Shown piece after piece: positions 62,803 through 64,000 of a stretch of DNA of 64,000 nucleotides (the first letter of the stretch is position 1; every line of letters starts with the position of its first letter). Source of the stretch: Epiperipatus broadwayi (taxonomy: Eukaryota; Animalia; Onychophora); assembly GCA_028023455.1 (NCBI GenBank), contig JAQFVV010000005.1, positions 22,444,001 to 22,508,000 of the forward strand. Reading direction: 5' to 3'. Below the pieces are notes generated by a model that made no database searches, had not been told where the DNA came from, and saw only the letters and a list, made by a program, of their open reading frames with translations. The position numbers and the translations under genes were made by a program.

Positions 62803-63040
62803 ATATAAAAGACATATTTTGCGGGTTCATCCATGTTAAATTAAATATTGATATACCGACGTTTCGACTTGATCACACAAGTCATCCGCTGATTGTAGCG
62901 CCTCTACAACCGTCTTTCTACCTTTTATCACCCAGAGATCAAGTTGAAACATTGGTATATCAATATTTAAATTTTTTAACATGTATGAACCCGCAAAATA
63001 TGTCTTTTATATATGCAACCCATGAAAATCTTCGTATCAA
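62803..63040. mobile_element. Family E foldback copy with 3' half of a hammerhead
   Basis: Same arms as 52501-52690 (catattttgcgggttcatcc..); minus strand GACUUG-UGUGAU-CAAGUC-GAAAC-GUC at about 62858-62884, CUGANGA not intact; TA-repeat flanks. Confidence 0.75.
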
Positions 63041-63734
63041 CATATATATATATATCAAGCATCAATTTTTATAAGACAAAAATAATTTAAATTTTCTAAT
63101 ATCATTAAATGGTCTTATGTAGCTAAAGTGTTGTTATACATATGTATATATATTTATCTAGTTCTCCATAGAATTGCTTAAAAGTTTTATTTTTTTTATA
63201 AAAACGAGATAGCTAGATTGATAATTCATTTAAGGCTGCATGTATTTAAGTGAAATTAAACATCATCTAGACAATTTTAGGAAGTAACATTGTTATTTGT
63301 ATTATAATTTTTATTAAGCAAAAACATTTCAGTGGTATATGTAAGTACATAAGAGCATGTGTAAAATGACCTTAAAGTAGACAATTGCAAGGCAAATAGC
63401 TCACCATTAACTCACAAAAGATGAACAATGAAGGTGAAGCATTAGTAGGTTAGCCAAAGAACTATACAACCACCTTTTAATTAAGACAAATCAACTGAAT
63501 CATAATTAATAGATCAAAGTAAACAATCTACTCTCTAAAGGTATAGTAAATGATTGTTTCTTTTAACACCTTTTAATTATAGATTTCCACAGTAATTCCA
63601 CATATATAGAAAATCCAACTGCATAACCTGGAGAAATACATAAAGAGCTATATACCTATCTATCAGAAGAGTAGAAATATGCAAAGAATCTTGTTAATTG
63701 CAGTCAGACTGCTATTCAGGGATGTCTTTTTATT

Positions 63735-64000
63735 TAAGTACTTACAACTGCATATATTTTCAAGTTAAGAAAGATTGTATGAATTGGAAGAAGAACTCTC
63801 TTATATTAAATGGGACATTATTGGACTTTGTGAAGTTAGAAGAAAAGATGAAGAGACAATTGATTTAAAGAGTGGAGATGTACTGTACTATAGTGGCACA
63901 AAGTGAAGTAAGATTCATTATAATAAACAGTGGAACAATAGCATTGTGGAAAATTGATGGTGTTTCAGATAGTGGCAAGATTTATTTAAATTAATGGAAG
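63735..64000 (+). mobile_element. RTE-like LINE, apurinic endonuclease N-terminus, runs off the window
   Basis: EELSYIKWDIIGLCEVRRKDEETIDLKSGDVLYYSG then stops. Confidence 0.75.

Overview
Very AT-rich eukaryotic DNA, probably an arthropod and possibly a chelicerate (inference from composition and repeat types). The backbone is an internal part of one large plus-strand gene. I can trace 15 GT-AG coding exons (7804-50589, 1722 nt, 574 codons, no start or stop in view). All are symmetric phase 1-1 and encode 12 EGF-like modules, many of the C-x-C-x-x-G-[FY]-x-G-[DN]-P type seen in dumpy-like matrix proteins, separated by Pro/Thr-rich linkers. The introns hold decayed Gypsy and LINE pieces, a probable Penelope remnant, MITEs and a tRNA-Gly retrocopy. 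The most notable content is about 30 minimal type I hammerhead-ribozyme motifs (CUGANGA / helix II / GAAAC / mostly palindromic helix III / GUH) from about five repeat families. Most sit in foldback (long inverted repeat) insertions. They include a 14-copy, 52-bp tandem hammerhead array (41601-42311), a fully canonical hammerhead on the host pre-mRNA strand (47302-47342) opposed by its own antisense arm, and a retrozyme-like tandem of roughly 400-450-bp monomers (58003-61000) interrupted by an internally deleted Gypsy element. All calls were made by eye. No database search or folding computation was run, and ribozyme activity is untested.
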